Shown here in pieces: positions 16,911 to 26,944 of a stretch of DNA of 64,000 bases. Origin of the DNA: an uncultured Solirubrobacterales bacterium (GTDB taxonomy: Bacteria > Actinomycetota > Thermoleophilia > Solirubrobacterales > Solirubrobacteraceae); the NCBI GenBank assembly GCA_963767255.1, contig CAVYDM010000006.1:796-64795 (forward strand), read 5' to 3'. Below the pieces are notes generated by a model. It had not been told where the DNA came from, made no database searches, and saw only the letters and a program-made list of their open reading frames with translations. Within the stretch, counting starts at the first letter, position 1; each line of letters starts with the position of its first letter. The position numbers were made by a program, and so were the translations under genes.

Positions 16911-17600
16911 TTGGGTAAGGTCCCGGCGCCGAACGGCCGATGGATGATCGTGGCGTGCGATCACTCGGAATGGTACAGCGGCGCGACGCGTTACCTGCGC
17001 GAGGCGGCTCAGCTGCGGCTGGTGCTGGTGTGCGATGTCTGTGGAGCCGAGCGAGCCCAGCTTGGGAGGATCGACTACCGCCTCCAACCTCGGTGCTTGG
17101 TCGTTCACGTGGCGGAGTTGATCGCGCGAGAGCTGGGTTTGAGCGAGGATCAGGCCATGAGAGTTCGCTTTGCCGCGATGGTGTCTCGCGCAGGGCGCGA
17201 CCGGCTCTCACCCGAGATCGTCAACAAGAAAGGCCCGCTGACCCGGGAGGAGTGGACCGAGGTTCGCCGTCAGCCCGAGCTCGCAGCGGCGGTTCTGAGC
17301 GATGTCGATTTGGAAGACATACGCGGGTGGATCCTCTGCCACCGCGAGCGCCCCGATGGTCGCGGTTATCCACGTGGCCTCGTCGGCAAGCAGATTCCCC
17401 TGGAGGCGCGCATCCTGGCGGTGGCTGACGCCTACGCGGCGATGGTGAGCGACCGTCCGCATTGCGTTCGCCGCGATCACCAGGACGCCTGTCTGGAGCT
17501 GGTGCGCTGCGCCGGGACCCAGTTCGATACTGCCGTTGTCGAGGCGTTCGTGGCCGCTTCGACGGGACGCAATCCGCTGCCGCTCAGCGTGGCTGCCTGA
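16911..17600 (+). CDS. Degenerate HD-GYP domain protein
   Basis: ERPDGRGYPRGL, ARILAVADAY, AGTQFD present; the HD dyad is replaced (MVSRAGR). Confidence 0.8.
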   Translation: MGKVPAPNGRWMIVACDHSEWYSGATRYLREAAQLRLVLVCDVCGAERAQLGRIDYRLQPRCLVVHVAELIARELGLSEDQAMRVRFAAMVSRAGRDRLSPEIVNKKGPLTREEWTEVRRQPELAAAVLSDVDLEDIRGWILCHRERPDGRGYPRGLVGKQIPLEARILAVADAYAAMVSDRPHCVRRDHQDACLELVRCAGTQFDTAVVEAFVAASTGRNPLPLSVAA

Positions 17601-17758
17601 TCTGAAGCGGCGGCTTCATCGCCTCCGCCGGGGGTCGGCAGGCCGGCCCGGTGCCGTGAAAGGCATGCTCGGGCCAGCGAGGCGCCCGAGCGTGAGTCCG
17701 AGTCGAGTGCCGAGACGTGCGCCTCGAGCCACGCCGCCCCGGCCGGGCGCCGGCCCGA

Positions 17759-18094
17759 CTAGCGATCGGCCGCCTGCTGCTCCTCGACCGTGAGCTCGGC
17801 TGTCGGCAGCGCTTGCAGGCGCGCATCGGGGATCGGCTCTCCGCTGAGGACGGAGAGGCCGTAGGCGCCCGCGGCGAGCCTGGCCTCCGCGCGCTCAACG
17901 GCAGCGAGCTGCTCGACGAGGTCTTCGGCCAGGCCCGCGTCGAACTCCTTTTCATAGAGCTCCTCAGAGCCCTGTTCGCCAGGTTCGCCCTGCTCGGCCA
18001 CCGCCTGCTCGTCATCCCTGCCAAGCTCGGCGATGGCCCGCTCGACCCGCTCGCGCTCGTGTGCGAGTAGCTGGCGTGCGAGCTCCGCGTCCAT
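17759..18094 (-). CDS. TraR/DksA-family protein lacking the C4 zinc ligands
   Basis: LAAVERAEARLAAGAYGLSVLSGEPIPDARLQALPTAELTVEEQ. Confidence 0.85.
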   Translation of the reverse strand: MDAELARQLLAHERERVERAIAELGRDDEQAVAEQGEPGEQGSEELYEKEFDAGLAEDLVEQLAAVERAEARLAAGAYGLSVLSGEPIPDARLQALPTAELTVEEQQAADR

Positions 18095-18132
18095 CGACGG
18101 CAGCATAGTGCTGTGCGTGCATCCGCGTCGCG

Positions 18133-18420
18133 TCAACGACTGCCCGACGTGCGCTGTCGCAGATCATTTCGGGCGATCTCGTGCAGGCGATCGATGTCTG
18201 CTTTTACCGTCTGTCGTGCAACGTCGCCGATCACGGCATCGAGCGCCCGCTCGCGTGTGCCCGCGGCCTGATCGTGCCCACGCGTGGCATAGGCTCGGTG
18301 GCGAGAGGATGGATCGCCGTACAGCGTGCGGATGACCTCGGCCTCGACCTGCGCGTCGTCGTGTGTCAGCAACTCGCGGCGGGCGGTGCCGAACACCGGA
18401 GCGTTGAGCTCAGCCGCCAT
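18133..18420 (-). CDS. Hypothetical protein
   Basis: 95 aa ORF tightly following the GT4 gene. Confidence 0.5.
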   Translation of the reverse strand: MAAELNAPVFGTARRELLTHDDAQVEAEVIRTLYGDPSSRHRAYATRGHDQAAGTRERALDAVIGDVARQTVKADIDRLHEIARNDLRQRTSGSR

Positions 18421-18426
18421 GACCGC

Positions 18427-19641
18427 TCAACCTGCCCTCTGCAGGATCGACGATCGCGCGCCGCGGCGCGGCCCGCGATCCATGACGTCGGCCTGGAGCG
18501 CCGGCTGGCCACGCGCGGCGAACCGCGGGAGTCCGCCCGCCGCTGAATGGATCGCGCGGTCATAGACCTCCTCGTAGCCTTCGGCGACGATCGTCGCGGC
18601 GTATCGCGAGACGACGCTCGCGCGGCAGCGGGCCGGATCGATCGTCTGCAGCGATCGCGACGCCTGGGCCATCGCCCGCACGTTCCCGACGTGGAAGCCG
18701 TTCTCCCCGTCGATCACGATCTCGCTGGCGGCGCCCGCGGGGAAGGCGATGACGGGGGTTCCGCAGGCGAGCGCCTCGACCATCACCATCCCGAACGGCT
18801 CCGGCCAGCTGATGGGCATCAGGAACGCCCTCGCGCGGGCGAACAGCTCCTTACGGCGTACGCCGCCGACTTCGCCGACGTATGCGACCTTGTGGCCGTC
18901 TACGTGCGGCTCGATCTCGCGGCGGAAGTATTCCTCCTGCCCTGGCTGAACCGGCCCCGCGAGCACGAGCCTGATACCGGCTGCTCGCGCCGCCGCGATC
19001 GCGCGCTGCGCGCCCTTCGCGGGATCCATCCGTCCCATCCACAACAGGTAGTCGTCCTTCTCTTCGCAAAACGGCCAGTCCTCGACGCGGATCGGGTTGG
19101 GCACGACATCGGCGACGCGGACGCCGGGCGGCGCGTGCTCGAGCTGGAAGTTGCTGATCGCCACGAGTCGCGCCTTGTGGCCGTGGCGCGCATAGAACGG
19201 ACGTGTCTCATCGTTGAACGGGGCGTGCAGGGTGTGCACGACCGGCGCCGATACGTGGTTGGCCATCGCGACCGCGGTGAAGCCCGAGTGATCGTGCACG
19301 AGATCGAAGGGCCGGCCCTCAGCGCCGGCGCGCTCGATTGCGTCATAGGCCGAGCTGACGTGATCGGCCTCATACAGCGAGGAGCCGATCTGCTCGGGGT
19401 GGGCGCCTTCCAGCGGGCAGCAGACGTGAGCGGCCGAGTGCGAGCCGGGCGCGGCGAACAGCGTGAGCTCATGACCCCGCGCGACGAGCTCGTCGCACAG
19501 CAGTGCGACGACCGCCTCGATCCCGCCGTAGCCGGGCGGTGGTACCGGGATCCAGGGCGGCGCGAGCACCGCGATGCGAAGCGCGCTGCGCTCCACATGC
19601 GGGAGAGAGGCGAGCGTGTGGTGGGCGGAGGGCGCGTTCAT
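18427..19641 (-). CDS. Glycosyltransferase family 4
   Basis: PVPPPGYGGIE, GRMDPAKG, EPFGMVMVEALACGTPVI. Confidence 0.93.
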   Translation of the reverse strand: MNAPSAHHTLASLPHVERSALRIAVLAPPWIPVPPPGYGGIEAVVALLCDELVARGHELTLFAAPGSHSAAHVCCPLEGAHPEQIGSSLYEADHVSSAYDAIERAGAEGRPFDLVHDHSGFTAVAMANHVSAPVVHTLHAPFNDETRPFYARHGHKARLVAISNFQLEHAPPGVRVADVVPNPIRVEDWPFCEEKDDYLLWMGRMDPAKGAQRAIAAARAAGIRLVLAGPVQPGQEEYFRREIEPHVDGHKVAYVGEVGGVRRKELFARARAFLMPISWPEPFGMVMVEALACGTPVIAFPAGAASEIVIDGENGFHVGNVRAMAQASRSLQTIDPARCRASVVSRYAATIVAEGYEEVYDRAIHSAAGGLPRFAARGQPALQADVMDRGPRRGARSSILQRAG

Positions 19642-19827
19642 GGGGGAGGGGTGCGGCTATGGGTCAGCGCGGGCACCGCCGGCGGACATGTTTGGACTGC
19701 ACGATGCAACCTAATGTCCAGCGGACAGACGGACATCAGCAGACTGCCGCGGGGGTCGTGGTGGAACTACTGAAAACGGACCAGCGGAAGCCCCCATTGG
19801 GATCGCCGTGGCGCAGCGTAGGATCGG

Positions 19828-22152
19828 TTGACACCCGATGAGACCGGACAAGAAAGCGAGCCAGGAGCGGTGAAGCCGACGGGCGACGGTCGGCGATCCA
19901 GGGAGGGCCGTGGGTCCGGCGCTGCCGCGGCCGAGCGCTCGGTCCTGAGCCCGCGCGGCGAGCAGTTCGAGGTCCTCGGTCGCGCCGGCCCTGTCGAGCT
20001 CCGGGGGGCCCCGGAGATACCGGCCGAGGCGCGTGAGGAGCTGCTCGTGATCAAGGACGGCGAGCTCTTCCTGTGCGCACGCACCGACGGCGACGTCGCC
20101 GCACCGCGGGTCTCGGGCGAGGGCTTTTACGCCCACGACACGCGCTACCTGTCGGAGATCCGCTTCGAGATTGGGGGCGCCGCACCGGTTGCGCTCTCCT
20201 ACGCGGCGGTCGACGATCGCGCGATCGTCGACTCGACGAACGCCAACCTGGCGCGCGGGACGCGGGCGCCCGTGCCGCAGCAGTCCTTGAGCATCAGCCG
20301 CGAGCTGATGATCGCCTCCGGCCGCCTGTACTACCTCGTGCGCGTGCTCAACTTCCTGCGCGAGCCGGTCACGACGAGCGTCTCGCTCGCTCTCGCCGCG
20401 GACTTCGCCGACATCTTCGAGGTGCGTGGCGGTCCGCGCAGAAAGGCGCGCGGCCATGTGCTCGCTCCCAAGCAGCTCGAGCGCGGGCTGGCGCTGGCCT
20501 ACGTCGGCGAGGACGAGATGTTCCGTGAGGCGGTCATCGAGCTCGACCCGCAGCCCGCCCAGGTTGAGCTGGACGCGGACCGCGTGCGGGTGCACTGGCT
20601 GCTGACGCTCGAGCCTGGGGCGCCGGTGACGGTGCTGATGACGGCCGAGCCCTCGATCGGCGGTCACCGGCGTTCGCGACGGCGTATCGAGACGGCGATG
20701 GCAGAGCTCGAGCAGCAGAGATCGGAATGGGAGTCACGCTGCACGCGCATCGTCAGCGACAACGAGCTGTTCGGTGGTTTGATCGCGACGTCGAATCGCG
20801 ATCTGCGGGCGCTGGTCATGCCCGCACCGGGCGGGCAGATCGTCTCCGCGGGGATTCCCTGGTATGTCGCGCCGTTTGGGCGCGACGCGCTCGTGACAGC
20901 CAGCGAGGCCCTGCTGCTGAATCCCGACGTGGCGCGCGATGCGCTCGGCGTCTTGGCCAAGCTCCAGGCGAGCGCCGACGACCCTTGGCGCGATGCCGAG
21001 CCGGGCAAGATCATGCATGAGTTGCGCGTCGGCGAGCTGGCGCGGACAGGGATCGTCCCGCACACCCCCTACTACGGCACCGTGGACGCGACGCCGCTGT
21101 TTCTGATGTGCGCCGCCGACTACTACGCCTGGACGGGCGACCTGCAGACGCTGCGCACGCTGCGTCCCGCGCTCGACGCGGCGCTGCGCTGGATCGACGA
21201 GTTCGGCGACCGCGACGGCGACGGGTTCATCGAGTACGAGCGCCGCTCACCCGCGGGTCTGGGCAACCAGGGCTGGAAGGACTCCCACGACTCGGTGGTT
21301 CACGCCGACGGCAGCCTCGCCGAGGGTCCGATCGCGCTCGTCGAGGCGCAGGGCTATGTCTATCGCGCCAAGCTCGCGATAGCCGACGTCTATGCCGCGT
21401 TCGGGGCGACGGACACGGAGCTGCGCCTGCGCGGCGAGGCGCAGCACCTGCGCGAAGCGTTCAATGAGGCGTTCTGGAATCCGGAGGAGGGAACGTTTGC
21501 GCTGGCGCTCGACGGACGCAAGCGCCAGGTCGCGAGCGTCACCTCCAACCCCGGCCACTGCCTCTACTGCGGGATCATCGAGCCGGAGAAGGCCGCGGCG
21601 GTGGCTGAGAGGCTGATGGCGCCGGACATGTTCTGCGGGTGGGGCGTGCGGACGCTGTCGAGCGGCTGTCCCGCGTATAACCCCATGAGCTACCACAACG
21701 GCTCGGTATGGCCGCACGACAACGCGATCATCGCCGCGGGCCTGAAGCGCTATGGCCACGACGGCGCTGTCCGGCGTATTGCCGACGCGCTCTTCGACGT
21801 CGCCACGAGCGCGCGCGACTTCCGCCTGCCGGAGCTTTATTGCGGCTTTGACCGCCTCGAGCGCGCGGCGGTCGTCGCCTACCCGGTCGCCTGCATCCCG
21901 CAGGCGTGGGCCGCGGCGGCGCCGTTTCTGCTGTTGCAGACGATGCTCGGCATCTCGCCCGACGCGCCCGGCCGCGAGCTGAGGATCGAGCGCCCGGTGC
22001 TGCCCGACTGGCTGCAGCTGGTCCGGCTGGAGGATCTGCGCGTCGGGCATGCCAGCGTGACGCTCGATTTCAAACGCGACGGTCGCGTCACGAGCTTCGC
22101 GCTGCTCGAGCAGGACGGCGAGCTGGACGTGACACTGGCCGCCGCTCCATGA
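19828..22152 (+). CDS. Amylo-alpha-1,6-glucosidase / glycogen debranching family (GDE_N + GDE_C)
   Basis: AGIPWYVAPFGRD, EPGKIMHE, YYGTVDATPLF, NQGWKDS, YHNGSVWPHDN, PELYCG; start uncertain. Confidence 0.92.
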   Translation: MTPDETGQESEPGAVKPTGDGRRSREGRGSGAAAAERSVLSPRGEQFEVLGRAGPVELRGAPEIPAEAREELLVIKDGELFLCARTDGDVAAPRVSGEGFYAHDTRYLSEIRFEIGGAAPVALSYAAVDDRAIVDSTNANLARGTRAPVPQQSLSISRELMIASGRLYYLVRVLNFLREPVTTSVSLALAADFADIFEVRGGPRRKARGHVLAPKQLERGLALAYVGEDEMFREAVIELDPQPAQVELDADRVRVHWLLTLEPGAPVTVLMTAEPSIGGHRRSRRRIETAMAELEQQRSEWESRCTRIVSDNELFGGLIATSNRDLRALVMPAPGGQIVSAGIPWYVAPFGRDALVTASEALLLNPDVARDALGVLAKLQASADDPWRDAEPGKIMHELRVGELARTGIVPHTPYYGTVDATPLFLMCAADYYAWTGDLQTLRTLRPALDAALRWIDEFGDRDGDGFIEYERRSPAGLGNQGWKDSHDSVVHADGSLAEGPIALVEAQGYVYRAKLAIADVYAAFGATDTELRLRGEAQHLREAFNEAFWNPEEGTFALALDGRKRQVASVTSNPGHCLYCGIIEPEKAAAVAERLMAPDMFCGWGVRTLSSGCPAYNPMSYHNGSVWPHDNAIIAAGLKRYGHDGAVRRIADALFDVATSARDFRLPELYCGFDRLERAAVVAYPVACIPQAWAAAAPFLLLQTMLGISPDAPGRELRIERPVLPDWLQLVRLEDLRVGHASVTLDFKRDGRVTSFALLEQDGELDVTLAAAP

Positions 22153-25100
22153 ACGACGTCCCTGCGCTGCCTGACGAGCTCGACAGGCGCTTTGAGGCGC
22201 TGATCTTCGACTGGGATGGCACGGCGGTTCCCGACCGCGCAACCGATGCCAGCGACCTTCGCGCTGCCGTTGAGAGCGCCTGCCTGCTCGGCCTCGATCT
22301 GGCTGTGGTCAGCGGCACCCATGTGGGCAACATCGACGGCCAGCTCTGCGCGCGCCCGCACGGGCCCGGCGAGCTTCATCTGCTGCTCAACCGAGGCTCG
22401 GAGGTGTTCCGCGCCACCGCAGAGGGCGTCGAGCTCCTCGCGCGGCGCACGGCCTCCGAGGCGCAGGATCGCGCGCTCGACCGGGCGGCGGCGCTCACGG
22501 TGCAGCGCCTCGGCGCGCATGGCCTGGAGGCGAGGATCGTCTCGCAGCGGCTCAACCGCCGCAAGATCGACCTGATCCCGACCCCGGAGTGGGCCGAACC
22601 CCCGAAGGCCCGCATCGCCGAGCTGCTGGCCGCCGTTCAGGCGCGTCTACGCGAGCACGCACTGGATGGCCTGCCTGCGGCGGTCGAGCTGGGCCGGGCA
22701 GCAGCCGCCGAGGCCGGGCTCTCGGACGCGTGCGTGACGAGCGACGCCAAGCACATCGAGATCGGCCTCACCGACAAGTCCGACTCCGCCCGCTGGTGCT
22801 TCGAGCATCTGTGGCTGCGTGGCATCGCTGCGGAGCAGGTGTTGATCGTGGGCGATGAGCTGGGAGCTCTCGGCGGCCTTCGGGGCAGCGACTCGATGCT
22901 GCTGATCGACGACGCCGCCGGCGCCACCGTGGCGTCGGTGGGTGTCGAGCCGGCCGGTGTGCCGGACGGCGTGCTCGCGCTCGGCGGTGGTCCGGCCGCG
23001 TTCGTCCGGTTGCTGCACCGGCAGCTCTCGCTGCGCCGTCGCGGCGCTTTGCCGATCGTCTCATCCGATCCCCGCTGGACGCTTCGCATAGAGGGCGTCG
23101 AGCACGAGCGCGAGCGTGCACGCGAGTCGCTGCTGACGCTGGCCGATGGCCGCCTCGGGACCCGCGGCAGCGTGCTTGTGCCACATGGCGGCTCGACCCC
23201 GGCGGTCCTGATGGCAGGTATCTACCGCGGCCACGGTGAGATTTCCGAGCTGCAGCCGGCGCCGCTGTGGAACCGCTTCGCTCCGCTCTCACCCGACCCT
23301 TCCGGTGGCCTGCAGCATCGCGTCCTCGACCTGCATGCCGGCGTGCTCCGCCAGGAGGTCTCGGGCGAGATGCAGGCGCTGCAGTTCTCTTCACTGGCCG
23401 AGCCCGGACTCGCGGTGTTGCGCACACTTGCGCCACGAGCGACGCTCGAGGGCAGCCCGCCGCTCGTTTCACCGCCGCACGTGCATGCCGAGCGTCTCGA
23501 GGACGGCGCGGTGATCCGCATTGCCGTTGCAACCGGCGTGCTCGAAGCGGCCGCGGTGCAGTCGATCTCCGGGCAGGGCCAGGAGGCGGCGCTCGAGCGC
23601 GTCGCGGCCTACGTGGCAACGACCGCCGGAGACTCGAGCAAGCCGGCGCTGCGACGCGCGCGCCGGGCCATCAAGGCCGGGCGCGAGCGGCTGCTCAGCG
23701 ATCATCGTCGTGCCTGGGCTGGGCGCTGGGATACCGCCGACGTGCGGATAGACGGCGATCCGCAGCTGCAGCTCGGCGTGCGCGTGGCCCTGTTTCACCT
23801 GATGGCCTGTGCCGGGGACCAGGGCGAGGCGGCTGTCGGGGCGCGCGGTCTGAGCGGCCGCGGGTATCGCGGGCATGTCTTCTGGGACAGCGACGTGTTC
23901 GTGCTGCCGTTCCTCGCCGCCACCCATCCGCCGGCCGCGAGGGCGATCCTCGAGTACCGCATCCGGCGTCTGCCCGCAGCCCAAGCGGCCGCACGCGCAG
24001 CCGGCCGCGCCGGCGCTCGCTTCGCCTGGGAGTCGGCCGCGAGCGGCGAGGATGTCACGCCACGCGCTGCGCGCGACCGTGCCGGGCGGAGGGTGGCGAT
24101 CTACACAGGCCAGCGTGAGGAGCACATCGTCGCCGATGTCGCCTGGGCGGCCGGCTGTTACATCGACTGGACCGGCGACCGCGCGTTTCGCGAGGGGCCG
24201 GGTGGGCGACTGTTCGTCGAGACGGCCCGCTACTGGGCCTCGCGCGCGGAACGCGACAGCGATGGGAGCGCTCACATTCGCGGCGTGATCGGACCAGACG
24301 AGTATCACGAGCTCGTCGATGACAACGCCTACACGAACGTGATGGCGCGCTGGAACCTGCGCCGCGCCTTCGCGGAGACCACCGACGCCGTCCTCGACCG
24401 GGCCGAGCGAGCGGCCTGGCTCGATCTCGCCGACGCGCTCGTGGACGGCTATCGAGCCGAGAGCGGCCTGTACGAGCAGTTCGCCGGCTTCTTCGAGCTG
24501 GAGCCGCTGGTCATCTCCGAGATCGCACCGCGGCGTCCGATCGCCGCCGACCTGCTGCTCTCGCCCGAGCGGGTGCACCGGGCACAGGTCGTCAAGCAGG
24601 CCGACGTGCTGATGCTCCATCACCTCCTGCCCGATGAGGTCCAGGCGGGGTCGCTCGCGGCAAACCTCGCCTTCTACGAGCCGCGAACCGCCCATGCGAG
24701 CAGCCTCTCGCCCGGCGTTCACGCCGCGCTGTTCGCCCGCGCCGGCAGGCTCGCGCAGGCACGGGAATTCCTGGAGCTGGCGACGCGCATCGACCTCGAC
24801 GACGTATCGGGGTCGACCGCCAGCGGCGTGCACATCGCCGCCATGGGGAGCGTCTGGCAAGCGCTGGCGCTCGGCTTCGCAGGAGCCCGCCCGCGCGAGG
24901 GCATGCTCGAACTGGATCCGCGGATCGCGCCGGAGTGGAGCCTGCTGGAGCTGCGGTTGCGCTTCCGGGCGGCGCAGCTGAAGGTGGGGGTGAGCGCTGA
25001 CGCGGTCGAGGTGAGCAGCGACCGCCCCACGCTCCTCAGCGTCGCCGGCGCCGATCCGGTGATCGTCGGGCCCGGCGGTGCGCGCTTCCAACGGGCGTGA
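22149..25100 (+). CDS. HAD-phosphatase + glycoside hydrolase family 65 fusion
   Basis: N-terminal IFDWDGT; GH65 ARGLSGRGYRGHVFWD, GPDEYHE..DDNAYTN, KQADVLML, SSLSP; ATGA overlap with the upstream stop. Confidence 0.9.
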   Translation: MNDVPALPDELDRRFEALIFDWDGTAVPDRATDASDLRAAVESACLLGLDLAVVSGTHVGNIDGQLCARPHGPGELHLLLNRGSEVFRATAEGVELLARRTASEAQDRALDRAAALTVQRLGAHGLEARIVSQRLNRRKIDLIPTPEWAEPPKARIAELLAAVQARLREHALDGLPAAVELGRAAAAEAGLSDACVTSDAKHIEIGLTDKSDSARWCFEHLWLRGIAAEQVLIVGDELGALGGLRGSDSMLLIDDAAGATVASVGVEPAGVPDGVLALGGGPAAFVRLLHRQLSLRRRGALPIVSSDPRWTLRIEGVEHERERARESLLTLADGRLGTRGSVLVPHGGSTPAVLMAGIYRGHGEISELQPAPLWNRFAPLSPDPSGGLQHRVLDLHAGVLRQEVSGEMQALQFSSLAEPGLAVLRTLAPRATLEGSPPLVSPPHVHAERLEDGAVIRIAVATGVLEAAAVQSISGQGQEAALERVAAYVATTAGDSSKPALRRARRAIKAGRERLLSDHRRAWAGRWDTADVRIDGDPQLQLGVRVALFHLMACAGDQGEAAVGARGLSGRGYRGHVFWDSDVFVLPFLAATHPPAARAILEYRIRRLPAAQAAARAAGRAGARFAWESAASGEDVTPRAARDRAGRRVAIYTGQREEHIVADVAWAAGCYIDWTGDRAFREGPGGRLFVETARYWASRAERDSDGSAHIRGVIGPDEYHELVDDNAYTNVMARWNLRRAFAETTDAVLDRAERAAWLDLADALVDGYRAESGLYEQFAGFFELEPLVISEIAPRRPIAADLLLSPERVHRAQVVKQADVLMLHHLLPDEVQAGSLAANLAFYEPRTAHASSLSPGVHAALFARAGRLAQAREFLELATRIDLDDVSGSTASGVHIAAMGSVWQALALGFAGARPREGMLELDPRIAPEWSLLELRLRFRAAQLKVGVSADAVEVSSDRPTLLSVAGADPVIVGPGGARFQRA

Positions 25101-25227
25101 GCTTCGGCCGGCACCGCGCCCGTCGGCAGGTGCCCCGCGATCGCGCTCGACCAGTAGTAGACCGCAGCCCCGATCAGCACATGCTGCCGATGCGCCGAGC
25201 GTCGGCTGCGGCGAACATTGTCCCGTG

Positions 25228-26649
25228 ATGGAGCGTGACGATCTCGTGACAGCGCTTGAGGACGTGTGGGGAGCCCATGCGAGCGCGGCGACGTTCGAGC
25301 TCCCGCGGGATCGTGGAACGGACAAGATTCGCTTCGCCGATCGCCACGATGCGGGGCGCCGGCTCGCGGCGCTGCTCGGCGATTTCCGTTACGAGAACCC
25401 GGTCGTGGTGGGCATGGCGCGTGACGGGATGCCGGTGGCGGCCGAGGTCGCGCGCGCGTTGCAGGCGCCGCTGGAGGCCGTCGTGGTGCGCAAGATCGCA
25501 GCGCCCAAGACGCCCGAGCGCTCGCTCGGAGCGCTCGCCGAGGGAGACATCGAGGTCATCGACGACGAGCTCGTGCGCCGGCTTGGACTGAGCGCCGTCG
25601 AGCTCGGAGCGATCGTGACGCGCGCGCGCCGCGAGCTGGCCGAGCGACTGGCCCGCTATTACGCCAAGCGCCCGCGGCTGGGGCTTGCCGGACGGACGGT
25701 GCTGCTCATCGACGACGGCCTCGCGAGCGGTCAAAGCGCACAGGCGGCCGCACGCTCGCTGCGCAAGCGCGGCGCGACTCGCGTGATTCTGGCGACACCG
25801 GTCGCCGCCGCCGCGTCTGCCCACGAGCTGGACGAGTGGGTCGATGACGTGGTTTGTGTCGAGATGCCCAAGCGTCTGTGGGGGATCGGACGCTGGTATC
25901 AGGACTTCAGGTCGACCTCCGACGAAGAGGTGGCGGCGCTGCTGTCCGAGCATGCCGGCGCTGTCGCGCGTGAGGTGACGATCGAGGCGGCGCCCGGCGT
26001 CGTGCTGAGCGGCGATCTGACGGTGCCGTGGGGCGCATATGGACGCGGGGTGGTGGCATTCGCACACGGCTCCGGGTCGAGCCGGCTGAGCCCGCGCAAC
26101 CGGATGGTCGCGCGGGCGCTCAACCAGGCGGGTTTCGCGACGCTGCTGCTCGACCTGCTGACCCCGCGCGAGGAGGTCGATCGCAGGAACGTGTTCGACA
26201 TTCCGCTGCTCGCGCGGCGGCTCGTGGCGGCGACGCACTGGCTGCGTCGCCAGCCCGAAACGGCTCAGCTGGCGCTCGGTTACTTCGGCGCCAGCACCGG
26301 CTCGGCGGCCGCGCTGCTCGCCGCGGCAGAGCTGCGCTCGGGCGTCTGCGCGGTCGTCTCACGCGGCGGGCGCCCCGATCTGGCGCAGGCGCGATTGGGG
26401 GAGGTGGTGGCGCCGGTGCTGTTGATCGTCGGTGGCGCCGATGAGGCCGTGCTCGAGCTCAATCGCGAGGCACAGCGGCGCCTGTGCTGTGAGAACGAGC
26501 TCGTCGTGGTCAAAGGCGCGACGCATCTCTTCGAGGAGCCCGGCGCGCTCGAGCATGTCGCCCGGCTGGCGACCGACTGGTTTACCCAGCACCTCTGTCA
26601 GGGCGCAGCCACACCCGACGGCGACGCTCGATCGAACGTGAGCGTGTAG
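25228..26649 (+). CDS. Phosphoribosyltransferase + dienelactone-hydrolase fusion
   Basis: FADRHDAGRRLA, LIDDGLASG; FAHGSGSSRLSPRN, YFGASTG, SRGGRPDL, ATHLFEEPG. Confidence 0.9.
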   Translation: MERDDLVTALEDVWGAHASAATFELPRDRGTDKIRFADRHDAGRRLAALLGDFRYENPVVVGMARDGMPVAAEVARALQAPLEAVVVRKIAAPKTPERSLGALAEGDIEVIDDELVRRLGLSAVELGAIVTRARRELAERLARYYAKRPRLGLAGRTVLLIDDGLASGQSAQAAARSLRKRGATRVILATPVAAAASAHELDEWVDDVVCVEMPKRLWGIGRWYQDFRSTSDEEVAALLSEHAGAVAREVTIEAAPGVVLSGDLTVPWGAYGRGVVAFAHGSGSSRLSPRNRMVARALNQAGFATLLLDLLTPREEVDRRNVFDIPLLARRLVAATHWLRRQPETAQLALGYFGASTGSAAALLAAAELRSGVCAVVSRGGRPDLAQARLGEVVAPVLLIVGGADEAVLELNREAQRRLCCENELVVVKGATHLFEEPGALEHVARLATDWFTQHLCQGAATPDGDARSNVSV

Positions 26650-26652
26650 AGG

Positions 26653-26895
26653 ATGTCGCTCGCTTCCCTGCTTCGTTCCGGCCCTCGCTCAGCGCCTCCC
26701 GCGCCGCTTCGCTGCGGCGGCTACGTCACGGATGGCCACAGGCTGTTCCGGGTCGTCTCGCAGTTCGCGACCGTTGGAGATCACATGTTTGCCTCACTCG
26801 AGGATTGCGCCACGCTGGAGGTCCAGGCCTACGCGCCGGGCGAGCTTTACGCCATGGAGTTGCGAGCGGTCCAGGCCATCGCCGAGCGACGCTGA
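26653..26895 (+). CDS. Small hypothetical protein
   Basis: 80 aa in-operon ORF (GGYVTDGHRLFRVV...LEDCATL). Confidence 0.6.
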   Translation: MSLASLLRSGPRSAPPAPLRCGGYVTDGHRLFRVVSQFATVGDHMFASLEDCATLEVQAYAPGELYAMELRAVQAIAERR

Positions 26896-26944
26896 CGAGC
26901 GTGACGAAATTCCCAGCCATCCGGTTTCACGTCGAGCACGCTCG

